A stretch of DNA of 64,000 bases from Chrysomallon squamiferum (GCA_012295275.1 CM022670.1:42284001-42348000), one strand, 5' to 3'; positions 1 through 13,877 are shown, counted from the first letter of the stretch. The notes: a model not told the origin generated them from the sequence alone. Program-made: numbers and translations.

Positions 1-105
1 TGGTTTACACAAATCTTTGTTTCGGGCTCACCTTGGTTTACACAAATATTTGTTTCTCTCTTACCTTGGTTTACACAAATCTTAGTTTCTCTTTTACCTT
101 GGTTT
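1..105. repeat. ~33-bp tandem repeat containing the GNL2 exon 9 donor junction
   Basis: ACCTTGGTTT recurs at 31, 63 and 96; the array runs off the left edge. Confidence 0.8.
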
Positions 106-3100
106 CTCCTGCTATTGGTGCCACTTTGCAGACTTTCTTGGATCGTAGAGTGTTGATGATGGAACTTTTGCCAACATTGGGGTAGCCAATGAAACCAACA
201 CTGATTTGTTTCTTGTCCATGTGCAACTAGAAAAAGACATTTTTGTTTTCATAAAACCTCATTTTCTTCTACCTGATGTTCCCCACGGTTAAATGTTATG
301 TTTAATAAATCTTCTAAAATTTTATTTCCACATTTTATTTTTAACAATGGCTACATTTTTTAATTTGATGATAAAAGTTTACTTTTCCAAACTGTCTGAG
401 GAGGTTTATCAAAGCTCCTTTCCCAAATGGGTTTGTGATGCTGGCGTGGAAGGCCATTGTTGGATGTTCTGATGACAAAATAGCAACCCACTTTTGCTGA
501 AATTTCAAAAAAACAATTATTTTATAACTTTACTGTTATTTTCAGTAACACAAATTATTTACATTCAGAGATATCTTGTATCCAAGACATTCATTGTGTT
601 AATTCTTAAATAAAACTAGTGACTTACTATGACCGTGTTAATTGTTAAATGTAACTAGTGACTTACTATTACTGTGATTTGTTAAATATAACTAGTGACT
701 TACTGTGACCCAGACAGGAACAAGATCGACTTTGTTCAGAACAAATATAATGTGTTTGTGCGATTTTTCCTTGGCGATGTACTTCTCCACCTGGTAACAG
801 CGGGTACCGAGTGGGTCCCGTGCATCTAGAACCTGTACCACCACATCAGACGAATCAATGACCTGAAAAAAAGAAAACATTGTCAACTTTACACAGCTTG
901 TGATGACTACCTCAAACACCATCAATGAAATGTCTTTAAAAAAACACATTAATTACAATTTGTTACACAGAATATCATCAGTTACAACTGTAACACAACT
1001 TGTGACAACTACCTCAAACACCATCAATGAAATGTCTTTAAAAAAACAACATTAATTACAATTTGTTACACAGAACATCATCAGTTACAACTGTAACACA
1101 ACTTGTGATAACTACCTCAATTATCATCAATGAAATCAGAAGTGTTTCTGAAATGTTTCATCACTTTAAATATTGGATGTATTAAAAACGTTTTCATTCA
1201 TTATTTGTCCAATTTGAAATGATACTTAAGAATAACATAACAAATGTTTTGTGATAAAATTATAAATAAATAATAAAATTAAAATTTATTTTACTTTATA
1301 CAGTTCATTCCATATCCGTTTCGACTGTCCCGCTTTGAAAACAATTTCAGGTTCCTCATCCCTGATTCCGGTATCTTCTAGTTCAATGTTGCTGTCTTTA
1401 GATTCATCATACTTCTCCACTGAACTCGATACTTTCTCTATCAGACCCTGGGATTTTTTTTTTTAAAAACAATACATTTTCAATCAGCAAATATTTTTAT
1501 AATTTAAAATTTATAATTCTTTTCTGTTATTATATACAGATATTTGTATCACCATTTCTAAGTCTGATGTGTGAAACAAGTCATAGTTCTATACTTGTAA
1601 AATATGTGTGAAACTAGTTAGTTTTATATTTGGACCATGTGAAACCAGTTAGTGTCTTGTAAACATTATAACAAGAGTACTGTACAAACCTGTACATCTG
1701 TCACAGACAAATTGGGTTTCTTGCGATGAGCTTTCTTTCCAAAAGTATTTTCAAAACTTTCTGTGTCAAGAAGATGCATTCGTGAATGCTGGAAAGAAAT
1801 ACATTTAATAATTTATTACGTTAAAAACAATTTGGTATTTTTTTCTTTTTTTAAACTTTCAATAATTTTTAAAAATAGGAAATTAAATAAATCTTAGATG
1901 AGTTTGGTTACTATGGTAATAATGTATAAACCTTTGCAGTTTCATTAAGAAGTGTAACAGGAAGTTTAGTCTGACTCATGACAACTTTGTACGGGTCGTT
2001 TTTCACTCGGCCCATCGCCTCCTGAAAACACTGCAGTGCTGACTGTGTAACGACGCGCGTGTTACCTGTAACAGAAACACAAAAGTAACAACACAAATAA
2101 CAAACACACAGTATCACAATATTACCAGAAATATTCTGCAGGTCAAATTTCAACACAAGACAAAGAAATGTTTTCTAAATTCTCCCTAATTTATCATATC
2201 TTCTGATACTTTCTCTCCTATTATTTACTGCTGTTACATTGAGAAGTTTCTCACCAAACCATCGCCGATTGGGTTCCACTCTTGCCACCGAGCCACATGG
2301 AAGTTTCGACTGAAATGGTGCTGGTATGACAATCTTTCCCGTCCGATCTCTAACACAAACAAACTCAAAATTAACACATACAAAATTTCTCTGATAAATG
2401 TAATTTTTAATTGTAAAAGATTTTAACAGTTTTAAACCATGATTATGTTCTTTTCTTTTATTTTATTAGATACATCAGTGTGTTTTGATAATATTTTCCT
2501 TGATTTTTATTTTTAGTAATTCAGAGTAACTGTCTTTAATGATATGAAAAAATGTTAACAGTCTTCTACAAGTGACAAATTTAAACAACAATGCTGAAGA
2601 AATAAATTAATGAATTAAATTAAATAAAAACCTTTTGGCTTTGAAGTTTCTGTACATATTAAGTCGCCGAATTGTCGTCCTGTCTCGCATGTTGTGACCG
2701 CCATCGCCTTTCGTACGATCTGAAATAATTTGAAATTATTACATTTTATATAAAACTATTCATACAAGCTGAGAAATGACAAACTAAAAAAAGATTCATT
2801 ACTAAAACCCCATGAATATGTCACTGTGTAAGTTCTGTTGACATTTTGTTTTATTTCCTATAAATTACCTAAATGAAATAACGGCACGATGATTGACAAT
2901 ATTTTGTATAATTCTATTAACAATATAAAATCTGATATAGTGTTACTATTAGTAGTAGTGATAAATATATTGGCGTAGAGATGTCACTATCATCTTTATT
3001 ATAATATCTAAAGGAATATTAGAAAAGGCAGAATTAGATAATGATATTTTACACAACCTGGATTTAGACTGTGTTGAGCTTTATTGATTCCGCCCCTTGC

Positions 3101-3127
3101 CGCTTTTATTCGTGGTGTTTTAGTCAT
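98..3127 (-). CDS. GNL2: Nucleolar GTP-binding protein 2 (Nog2 family), 5' part; gene continues beyond the left edge
   Basis: GT-AG exons 3127-3058, 2719-2632, 2349-2255, 2065-1932, 1788-1690, 1447-1295, 862-704, 496-383, 226-98 splice in frame: MTKTPRIK...[15 protein letters not shown]...[16 protein letters not shown]...[33 protein letters not shown]...NKVD (G4)...GYPNVGKSS (G1)...APIAGETK. This is the circularly permuted GTPase motif order of GNL2. Confidence 0.97.
897..1135. repeat. ~100-bp tandem duplication (a little over 2 copies)
   Basis: CTTGTGA..ACTACCTCAA...CATCAATGAAAT recurs at ~897, ~1000 and ~1102. Confidence 0.85.
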
Positions 3128-3296
3128 TTTGACGTCGAACAAAAAATATTTATAAGTAATACACGCTGCTTTGCTTTCCACAACGTGACCGGAAGTTAGT
3201 TTTAGACTGTTTATCATGCAACTGTTACAAACAAGTTCTTACGCTATCAGTTATTTTGTTTAATAATAATTAAGAAAGAAAAGTAATACGTATATA

Positions 3297-3347
<51 letters not shown>

Positions 3348-3509
3348 TCATTTCAAAATATACTAGTGACTAAACTATCAAGATGTATATGCGTTCGCCA
3401 AACTTAACAGGAGAATAAGAAAAAAGGAAAAACCTGTTTAACTTGAGACCAGTACATTAGAAAAGCATACACTGAAAATTTGTGAGATACAGTGAAATAA
3501 ATAAATAAC
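3128..3509. promoter_or_regulatory. Shared divergent promoter region of GNL2 and TRNAU1AP
   Basis: Only 382 bp lie between the divergent start codons. ETS-type CCGGAAGT at 3189-3196; (TAT)n tract at ~3296-3346. Confidence 0.75.
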
Positions 3510-6500
3510 ATGGCTCTTAGTAGTTCTTTGTGGATGGGAGACGTACGTAGTTTTTAACTTTAAATATCTCTCTCTCTCTCTCTCTCTCTCTCTGAAATTA
3601 GAATTGTATTTCATTTATAACTTTTCTCTTTCCCCATAAAAAAAGTAACAATAAAAGAGTTTTATCTCTATATTTATTTATGTATTTATTTAAATGTTTA
3701 TTTACAAAAATAATAATAATAAAATTGAAAAGAAAGAAAATAATTTGTTACTATTTTTGTTTTTAATTTCAGCTGGATTCTTACATGGATGAGATTTTTA
3801 TCAGCAGTGCCTTCCAGCAGCTTGGAGAAAATGTTCTACATGTAAAATTGATCAAAAATAAAAATCCTGCGTAAGTACGTTTTTAAATGATTCTTGTCTA
3901 GTTTCCATTAAATGAATTTATCTTAAAATATTAATATTAATAATCTGTTGTATATATAAAATACAAATTACTGTTGCTTACTTCATGACAATGCCAGTTT
4001 CTTAATCTGAGTTTCTTAACAGGTGGAAGTTAATTCTTCTTTCTTACTGTTTTGTTCCTTTCTTAAATTCTTATTTATCATCGGTGTGTGTGTGTGTGTG
4101 TTTGTGTTTGTGTGTGTGTGTTTCTGCTGTCTTTATGTCTGAATGGTTTTAGAGGGAGGGTAGGTAGGTCAGTACAGAAAGTGTTTAGTTACTACTCTGT
4201 TACAGTAGTGATAATTTTGTCTGTGATTATTCTGGTTTGCTGATAATATTGTTGTTGTTATACTTCAGGACACCAGCAGGGTACTGTTTTGTTGATTTTG
4301 GTGATATTGAAGTCGCCAACAGAGCCATTCTGCGATTAAATGGAAAAGTGATTCCAGGCAGCAGTCCAGTGAGAATGTTTTTCTTCATTATTATAAAAAT
4401 AAGTAATTATCAAGCATAGAGTGACTTTCTTCAGTCAGAAATTTTTGAAATTTATTTTAAAAATGATAATAATTAAAACTCAAAGGTCTGATTTAAAGTG
4501 ACCATAAACTTTCTTAGAACCAGTAATGTTTTATGAAGATAACTTTTTAGAATGATTTTAAAATTGGATTTCTTTGAGGTTTTCCTTACTTTGAACTAGT
4601 GACTAAAGATGCTTTATATTGATGAAAATAAATTAGAAATTTAAAGTAAAAGATATCTGTATTTATACAGCCACGACGTTTCAAACTGAATCCTGCAAGC
4701 TATGGAAAAGAACATGTTTTGTTGTAAGTGTTTTCTTTTGTTAATTTAACATGTAACATTGTGAATAGTATTTCTTAATTTTATCATTATTGTTTTCACT
4801 GTTTCCCTTTCTTAATTCTTATTCTGCTATTTTGGTTTTTCTAGAAAAAATTACATTTTGTTTTGGTTTTTTGTCTTTCTGTAATTTTTTTAATATATTA
4901 GTTCTTTAAAAAAAAAATATTTTTCATTTATTCATTTATTTATTTTGTAACATTTAATTAATTTAAAGGCCATTTATTTTCACAGACCAGAGTTCTCACT
5001 CTATGTTGGTGACCTTTCACCTGACGTTGATGACTATCAGCTGTATAACGCCTTTGCCAAACGCTACCACTCAGTCCGAGCAGCCAAAGGTATCTGTCTT
5101 TTTCTTATTCTGTGTGTGTGTGTGTGATTGTGCATGTATGTGAAGTTTTTGTTATTCCATTACAGTGGACTGTCTCACAACCAGATTCACTTGGGACCAA
5201 CGAGATATGCCATTTGTAAAGTGCCTGTTTATAAAGATTAAACATGAAATTGGAATATGATTTATTACAAATGTTACAGTTAAATGTCTATTAAATGTCA
5301 GCTCAGTTATAGTCTGTCATCAATGACAGCATATTTTTTTTCATTTTCCTCTAATCCTCTTCAAAGCAACATAGGTTGCAAGAATCTGTTTCAGTAGTAC
5401 AGCAAAAGGATTGTAGGAAAGAAACAAACAGGAAAAAAAAGAAACAGAAAGAAAGAAACGCTGCATTTTTACTAAAATTCCTGTTTTAAATATATTAAGG
5501 GTATCAAAAATTATTTTTTGTGCCAGACTAATATTTTCAATGTTTTTTAAAAATTACATCATAAATATGCACGTCTTTCATCCATTAATTATCATTCCCC
5601 AACTGATAATACATAAACACTATGTCAATCTATATCTCTACATCTCTCTAACATAAGTCAGTTTCCCAATTAACTTACCCAACTGAGTTTTAATTCTCAT
5701 TGAGTCCTTGACCTATCCAGTGAGTTTTTTAAATGTCTCAAATATCATTTTCTTTAAGAAGCCATTCTCTAACTGACCCATTCAAAGGATAATCCGTTCA
5801 TTTTGTGTCCTCCTCAGATCTATCCCTTTATCTCATCCCATATATGGCTTCCCAGATGGCTTCCAACTTAAGGGACTACCATTCCTCAGAATCATTAGTG
5901 CCATCATTAGAATAAATATCACAAATATGTGAATAAAATTGCTATGGAGGTCATCAAGAGTCAGAAAGGTGGATAAAAAATGTGTGCATGAGGCCACTCT
6001 CAATGACAGCCACCGTTTCTTTCTTTCTGTTTACCAGCAAAAGATTTAATTTGTTTTATTATTTTTAAGAATGTCAGTGTATGAAAGTTAGGTCAAAGTT
6101 CAATCAGTGTATAAACGTTTGGTGGTCATTACTTGTTTTCTGTTTGCCACAATGTTGTTTTTGTACAATTGCCAATATTGGTCACTATGTTTTAAATTGC
6201 ATTTCTGTTTTTTCAGTGGATTTTATAAAAACTCTTCTGTTAATTACACTTTAAACTTGCAATGAAAATTTGATAGGTTACTGCTTTTCAGGTAGTTCTG
6301 CCATTATGACTGATTCAGTAAGACAACACAAAATGTGGCCATACATATTTACATAGACTTCTGCTTTTGATTCTAAATCTAAATTTGTGAATTCACTTAG
6401 GTCAATACATGCTAATAATAAACTTATTCATCTAGATGCATATAGCACTTACAAAAAGCAAGGCAACATTGCTTATTAAACGTTCAAAGAAGGGTGATCA

Positions 6501-9429
6501 TTTCATCTCACGCAGTACTTTAATTATGTGCAAATTGCCATCATTGTTTAAGAAGTGAATATTCTTGAAAATTGTATACCGATGTTGACAAAACTAATTA
6601 CTAAATAAATTACTCTTTTGTTCTGTATCTTGCTTCCAGAATCTGAAGTAGACATCATCAGGATTAGACAAGATTTTGTTTGTAATAGATTAGCAACAGC
6701 TGTACAGAACATTGAAATAGTGTCAGTTACACAGAAATCAGGATTAGTCAACGGCTGGCTTTCATAGAGTTCACTGTTTATACATTTCATCCATAAAGCA
6801 AATGAATGTTAAAATTTTTAATGGCTTAGCTAAGAATGTTTACATTAATTTGTTTAATTATGTCATTTCAGCAAACTAAAACACAGAATAGGTTATATTT
6901 ATTTTCTCCCCTTTTGTTTTGTTGTTTTAGTTTTATTGTTTATAAAGTTATAAAAAATAATGTCATGAAAAAATGTAATAGTCATGACTGAAATGTTTTA
7001 AGTTTTCTCTTGTTGTTACATTTATTTTTTAAATGTTTTTTATAGATTAGTTGATAATTTATTTGTTTTTACAATTTCTCTTTACAGTTGTTTTGGGTTC
7101 ATCTGGCAAAAGTAAAGGATTTGGATTTGTTCGGTTCTCTGAGGAAACAGACCAACAGAGGGCGCTAATTGAAATGCAGCACATGGTTGGAATTGGCCGT
7201 AATCCAATTCGTGTCAGTCTGGCTCAGCCGAAAGGGTAATTTTTATTTGTTTTGTTTTTTAATGTTAAATGTAACTTAATGATCCAAACTTTTCTTTATT
7301 ATCATTACAGTTGTTCTTATTAATAGTAGTAGTAATAGTGGTAGAGTAAGTTAGAGAAAATTATTTCTTTTTACACTAAACTTAGATTATATTTATTTCA
7401 TCAAATTAATTATATGCAACTGTAATAAAAGATGCATATGTTTAGGTTTATAACTAATGCATAATATTACTGTTATAATTTAATAATCTGACAGCTCATG
7501 AAGTTTTTAACAGTTAATTTGGCTTTGAAATATTATTCTCATTCCTATAAAATTGTATAATTATTTTGAATACAATTATCTGTTTGTAATGTTTTTATTT
7601 TAATTTGTTTCTTCTACAGAAAAATGGAAGAAACAAATTCTGAACAGTGGAGGTTTGATTGTCTCCCCTTAGATCAATGTTGATTCTATGTTTGATAAAC
7701 TTTGCTAAATTATTATTGTAACAAGGACATGATTTCTTTGGGGTTTTTATTTTATTTTATTTTATTTTATTTTTGTTGTTAATTGTGTAAATTTTGTTTT
7801 AGATCAGAATACTCATCTGGTTCAAGAGGGTACAGACGTGACCACGATTCTGCAGGGTGGGTTGTTACTAGTGTAAGATGTTTACAGTAGTTCTTGTGGA
7901 TCGAAAATATATTTTTAATAATCATAGATATTGTTTATTTTATAATGTAGTATTACATATTTTATAAAATTCTTTAAATAATATTATAAATATGTAGTGA
8001 ATAATGTCAAATTTCTGGATTATTGTTTATTTTATAATATATTTTTTTATAAAATTCTTTAAATAATATTATAAATATGTAGTGAATAATGTCAAATTTC
8101 TGGATTATTGTTTATTTTATAATGTAGTATTACATATTTTATAAAATTCTTTAAATAATATAAATATGTAGTGAATAATGTCAAATTTCTGGATTATTGT
8201 TTATTTTATATTTAAAATATTTGTTACACATTTAGATTTATTTTTTGTTATATATGTATTTTATATTATTTTTTATATACTTTCTTTATCTTTTGATTTT
8301 TTGTTCAGGTATAGCAGTTACATGTCACATTATCCAAATTCTTACTATGCAGGTGGCTACTCGTGGGGTGGCTACACCTACAATTACAACCAGTACTGTC
8401 CCCCACCCCCAACACATCAAGTAAGTAAAAATAATTAACCTATAGTATATTTCTGAACACTGAACTGTACACTGTTTAAATGTTTTATCTGTTTTTCACT
8501 CAGGATCCCTACAGTCAGTCATTTGAAGACATGGAGGCACTTGAAGGTAAAATGTATTTTAAAAAATGTTATTTTATATTTTGTACAGTTGTAAAAACTC
8601 TTATTTTTATTATTTCATATTTATACAGTGATTTAAAATATACATTTATTGTTTATATATTTAACAGAGTTATTTAAAAACTACTGTTATTTTTATTATT
8701 TATGTATGTACAATTATTTAAAAAATACCTTTATTTTTATATAATTTACACAATTATTTAAAAACTACTTGTATTTTTATTGTTTTACATTTATAGTTAT
8801 TTAAAAAATGTATTTTTATACAATTTATACAGCTATTTAAAAACTATTTTTATTTTTATTGTTTTACATTTATACAATTATTTTAAAATATTTTTATTAT
8901 CATATTTATAGTCTTCTTTTTTAAAATAGATTATAATAATTATATTTTATACAGGTATTCAAAAAATATTTATTTTAAAAATACTTTAATTTGTACTATT
9001 TTATATTTATACAGTTATTTTAAAATTATTTTACACATTTTTTATTGTATTTAGACAGTAACTGTAACAGTCATGAAAGCTGTTTGTGTAATTATAATCA
9101 CAGAGTGTTTTTGTGATTACAGATCCTTGTATAGAAGTAAACATAAACAGAGAAAACCGCGAATTCATGGAGTCCAGTGAAGTAAGTTACAGTTACTTAA
9201 TCTTTTAAATTTCCATTCAGAATTATTTTAAAAAAATAAATAAATAAATAATTAATTAATTATTTGGATAATAAATATATATATTTTTTTTTAAACCAAA
9301 CTAACGAATAATTTTCATAATGTTATTATTTTTTGTCCTTTGTTTCAGTCATTTTTTGAAGCCCTGGAGAAGTCTCGCTGGTTTCCTCTTGACAATCTCA
9401 CTTCACAGATAACAGCTACGCCCAGCTGA
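3510..9429 (+). CDS. TRNAU1AP: tRNA selenocysteine 1-associated protein 1 (SECp43), two RRMs plus Tyr-rich tail
   Basis: Exons 3510-3542, 3773-3870, 4269-4368, 4671-4723, 4986-5089, 7088-7235, 7620-7652, 7803-7856, 8309-8420, 8504-8546, 9123-9181, 9349-9429 are in frame: SLWMGDLDSYMDE...AGYCFVDF...RFKLN...PEFSLYVGDL...SKGFGFVRF...Tyr-rich segment...EDPCIEVNINRENREFMESSESFFEALEKSRWFPLD. Confidence 0.95.
5161..6780. mobile_element. Possible ancient Tc1/mariner-type relic in TRNAU1AP intron 5
   Basis: Begins TACAGTGGAC and ends GAGTTCACTGT (loose inverted match). Interior is more complex than neighbouring introns, but I recognised no transposase motif. Confidence 0.25.
7930..8210. repeat. ~90-bp AT-rich tandem repeat (~3 copies)
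   Basis: ATAAATATGTAGTGAATAATGTCAAATTTCTGGATTATTGTTTATTTTATA occurs three times. Confidence 0.85.
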
Positions 9430-10677
9430 CAACAGACCAATCACAAAACAGCTTTCTTAAAAAGAACCAATCACAAAGAGTTTTACATGAAGTGATAGAC
9501 TGAAATAACTAGTCATATTATGTTGCGTATGCTAACAATAAGTTGGGTTTCGATGACTTGTTTGTATTTTTTTTGTTTTTTTAAATTAACTAACAACAAG
9601 GAAAAAAAAGATTTATGTTGCAAATGAAAGATGTTACTTTTCAATCTTTCTGTACTAAATAAAATGTATTTTTCTGTGTGATTAACATATTGTTGTTTTC
9701 TTTAATACAAATATGTCACATTTTGTCATCATTACTTCAAGAAAGATAACTGCACAGAGAAGACCACATAGTAGTGAAACATATTTGGCATTCAGTCTTA
9801 ATTTGTCATTGATGAGGTGACTTGATACATTTGTTTACAATTCAATTTTTATGATTAGTGCATAGCTGTTGTTAAGTCTGTGAGATCATAGTAACTGTTG
9901 ATAAGTATGTGAGATCAGAGTGTGGATAAGAGTGTGAGATCAGAGTGTGGATAAGAGTGTGAGATCAGTGTCTGTGGATAAGTTTGAGATATTATTATGA
10001 AACCATCTTTTTTTGGGGGGGTGTCGTTTATTGCTGAATATAACTAGTACTGTTTGCATTATGTATTCATTTATTTATAATTTTTATTATTAATTTTCAG
10101 GTACAGTGAATGATATAATTTGTATACATATTAATCCTAATGTACATTTTCAGAAAGTTTATTTGGACAGGGAAATTATTTTATCATGTTGACTTGACAT
10201 TTCATTTTACCAAGAAACAGTTAAAGTGTAACTTTGGTTTTTGGAACAAATACACAATAAAACAAAAAGGTCTGGTAAGAATTAAATTTTGTGTAAGCAG
10301 TTATTACCTGATCTTCAACTAAAATTAAATTTATTTGAGAAAAAGAAAATGTAATATTTATAGGTGTAATGAACACTAAATTCATCAGTAACAAACCCCA
10401 CTTTAAAAATAAAAAAACTAATTGTATATGCAGCTGATTTGTGATGTAAGTAACAACTAAGGAAAGCCATTTATTGCTGGTCATAGCTTTGTCCTGTAAT
10501 GTTAGTGGATTCTTCAGGACAATACCAGTCAACATACTCAAATTTCAATGAAAAAAACACTTTTGAATTAAAAATATTTCAGAGCTTTAACTCAAATTAT
10601 CGGTGTTCTGTCCCATTTGAGTTTTTTTACAGATCAGTATATTTTCAAGGGGTCCACAATTTACGTTTGATATCTAA

Positions 10678-10744
<67 letters not shown>

Positions 10745-11939
10745 GTAGTAACAGTAACGGAGAGTTGTGGAGTGCTGTAATATAATTATATACAAATTTC
10801 CAAAACAAACATGATATTAATGGCTGCAGGTAAATCTACTGTTTTATAAAATTCAGTCCACTGAGGAGAGACAACGCCCGAGGTAAAACAAAAGAATAAA
10901 TGTATTTGTTTTTGAGAAACAAAGGTTTTAAACGTAGTCTGTTCTTCATGCGCAGCCAGGCGAGACGGATTGTGATCATACCAGATTGTTTTAGCCCAGT
11001 CACAGAATCTAAAGTTTTCTTTCTATTATGAAGCTCTAGCTGTTATTGTTTTCACAGAAAACGTTTTTAATTCAAGGGTATAATAAATTGAACGATGAAG
11101 TGGACCGAATGTAAATTTTATTACACTTTGCTGTTTTTATACGAACCTACAGTTTGATTATGCGAGAATTAGTCAATAAAACTAAATGGATAAAAAGATG
11201 ATCAGTGACACGGCTGTAAACGTGGTAATTATTACGTAATTAGAAACTCATTGCACTTGTGTTTATTAAAAGCAGACGCAGAGCACGTTACTTTTATCTG
11301 TAGTGTCAAACTGAAAGCGAGGCAGACACACCTCCCTCATATGGGACTCTTTATCTTCCTCATACGCACATTATACACAGTCATGATAATGAATTGTGTG
11401 TGTGTGTGCTTACTAAAATAGCATGTACACTTGTTCGTGAAGTCATGTAAAAAATACATACGAACATTTTCCTCTAAATCATTAACACTACTGTTACGGT
11501 GTAGCTATTATTAACTTTTAACTCCTACTACTGTAAGGCCACCACTTGTAATTATACAGAAAATAATAAAAAATACTTATTACTGATAATAGTTCTGATA
11601 TCAATCGATCATTATTATAACTTTCTGAGGATGGTTTTCTTTTGTTTATTTTATTTTGCACACGTAGATATATTAAACGTATTCAAAATGTGTCATTATT
11701 TTCAGTTGCTTTTTTACTGTGTAGTTACGTAATTTGGCATATTTAATCTTATGGACGCCTTCCTCTTAAGCTTTTCAAATGATGTATGCCGTATGGTAGT
11801 CACTCTGTTATCAACCCTGCTGTTCTTCCTTTGTAGCTATATTTCAAAAATAAATTTCTGAAACAATAAGATTTAAAATAAAAAAAACTGAAAATACTAA
11901 TTCAGAGTAAATAATTATGACATGACAAAAATCCTGAAC

Positions 11940-12422
11940 TCGAGCCTAACACGTCACAACCAATTCAAAAAGTTGCACAACACCAGCAGGTTTTGACAGC
12001 TCATTTGACAGCCCTTTGTGTATCACGTGACCGTTATAGCGGCAAAACTGGCGCGCATTTTCCTAGTTGTTTCTTAAGTATTATTGAAAATGCAAGTAAC
12101 ATTAATTGTTTTCAAACCCGTATGATAATTGCAAACATTCGGCAGATCATTACTGATTTATTACCAAATTTCGACACGTCTGCTCTGAATATTAAACTGA
12201 AAATGTCAGCTGGCTATTTAGAGGCTTAACCTTTGTACCCAAGAATTTGACCAATCAGCGCATTCGCTCATTCTGATGCTAATAAGACACGTGGTTCTTT
12301 ATCTGTCAAACAAGCCATGCACTATTATACTTGAATGTCAGTTGTGACCGCGTGGTAAGAGTAGAAAGCAAGGAGTAGTTGTTTTACTTTCTTATACAGT
12401 TACAAACACGGTTGTATCCGAA
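11940..12422 (+). promoter_or_regulatory. TGIF promoter / 5' region
   Basis: CpG-richer than the flanks. CCAAT at 12251, CACGTG at 12024 and 12288, TGACAG at 11994 and 12006, CTGTCA at 12303. Confidence 0.65.
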
Positions 12423-13877
12423 ATGATGGAATATAATTATCAGCCCATTGACATGGATAAAATACGGACTAAAAGAGGTAAGAGTGTTTTTATTTGAAAG
12501 CATTTACGCGCTGTTAGACAGGAAAGAGTATTCAACAGGTCACGCCGCACGAGGTAGCACGTGGTCGGAATTTGAACAGCGTGTCTCTCTTTGTTCAGTT
12601 TCACAAATATTATATCCCTACCTTTTATACATTTCGTCGTCAGCTTCGTGCCACAACAATATAATTTTTACAGTGTTTTTCTGTATATATTGGTGTTTTC
12701 AAAAATGACAGTACTTTGACAGCTGGCGTGGCGGCATGTTAGGGTTGTTGTCGATTCCATTGTTTAGACGATGGCTAGTTTCTCGCAGTTCTCGTGTTGT
12801 ATTAGAAACTTCATCTTTCTGAAATGTTTTTCGATATTATAAGAATGATTTTGAACTTAGCTGTGTCCAGTAACGTGATTATCTCTAAATCTTTTACCAT
12901 GCGGTTCCACGTGTAACTGAATATTACGTAGTATGTGGATGAGTAAATGTGCAAATATATAAATTAGCAATGGTTTTACGTTATTTTTATTTCTAGGCTG
13001 ATACGTAATTTATTCATGTTTAGGTAAATATTACTTATGTACATTGCATATAATATCTTTACAAGTTGGTTTTCAAGAAAATAAGGACGTATCTATTTAA
13101 TTTAATATTTTTTATACATTTCTAAATAATGTGAAATATCTAAATACGGTCTGTTTGTATCTTGTAGCTCGAGAAAAGCGTTGGATGAGTGATGAATATG
13201 ACTCGGGGGACGGTGGGAGGTTCAGGGACTCGTCTCAGGGGGTGGAGGCTTCAGCCAAGAAGCGTAGAGGTAACTTACCAAAAGAGTCTGTCCGCATTTT
13301 GAAGGGTTGGTTATACGATCACCGATACAACGCTTACCCAACAGACCAGGAAAAGGTTTATCTGTCCAATGCAGCCGACCTGACAGTGCTACAGGTGTGT
13401 AACTGGTTCATCAACGCCAGGCGTCGCATTCTGCCGGAAATGATAAAGAGAGACGGAATGGATCCCCATCAGTTCACCATCACTCGCAGGAACAAGTCGG
13501 ACAAGACATTAAGCGACGATGAAGACAAAGTGCGCGAAATTCCACAAGGCAGAAAATTCGACTCTGAAGACAGTGCGTCCAGTCGGGATTCCGACCCTTC
13601 ACCCCAACCAGTTTCCATGGAAACGGATGGATATGTGTCTGATAGTGAAACGTCATCATCTAGTGACTATAACTCGGAAACTGAGTCCGTGTCAAAACAC
13701 AGGAATTACCCCCCGTGTTTACAGTTTTCATCATCAGTCGACACCCCCACTCCTCCGCCCTCCCCAACAAACAAACAAGGGAAGGACGACATATTTCGCT
13801 GTTTCTATATGCTTGTTGATGTGGCTATCAGTCAACTGGACAAACAGAGACAGTTAGAAGCAAGTAAAACGAAGTGA
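12423..13877 (+). CDS. TGIF: TGIF-family TALE homeobox repressor (co-orthologue of TGIF1/TGIF2)
   Basis: Exon 12423-12477 ([19 protein letters not shown]|gtaag) splices in frame to 13168-13877. Homeodomain [29 protein letters not shown]...[19 protein letters not shown]-specific [13 protein letters not shown], and C-terminal TPTPPPSP and FYMLVDVA (Sin3-interaction-like). Confidence 0.96.

Noticed and set aside
9427-9560. Selenocysteine or readthrough at the TRNAU1AP TGA-C stop (21 open codons follow)
   Set aside because: The protein already ends about where orthologues do, and I could not find a SECIS with a proper ATGA/GA quartet and stem.
10499-10780. ORFs with poly-Ile, poly-Leu, poly-Thr or His-Thr runs (also 14912, 21000, 24030, 63318)
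   Set aside because: These are translations of microsatellites or low-complexity DNA.
13519-13857. 112-aa alternative-frame ORF inside TGIF exon 2
   Set aside because: No recognisable features; expected by chance in a GC-richer Ser/Pro-rich exon, and it has no separate start evidence.
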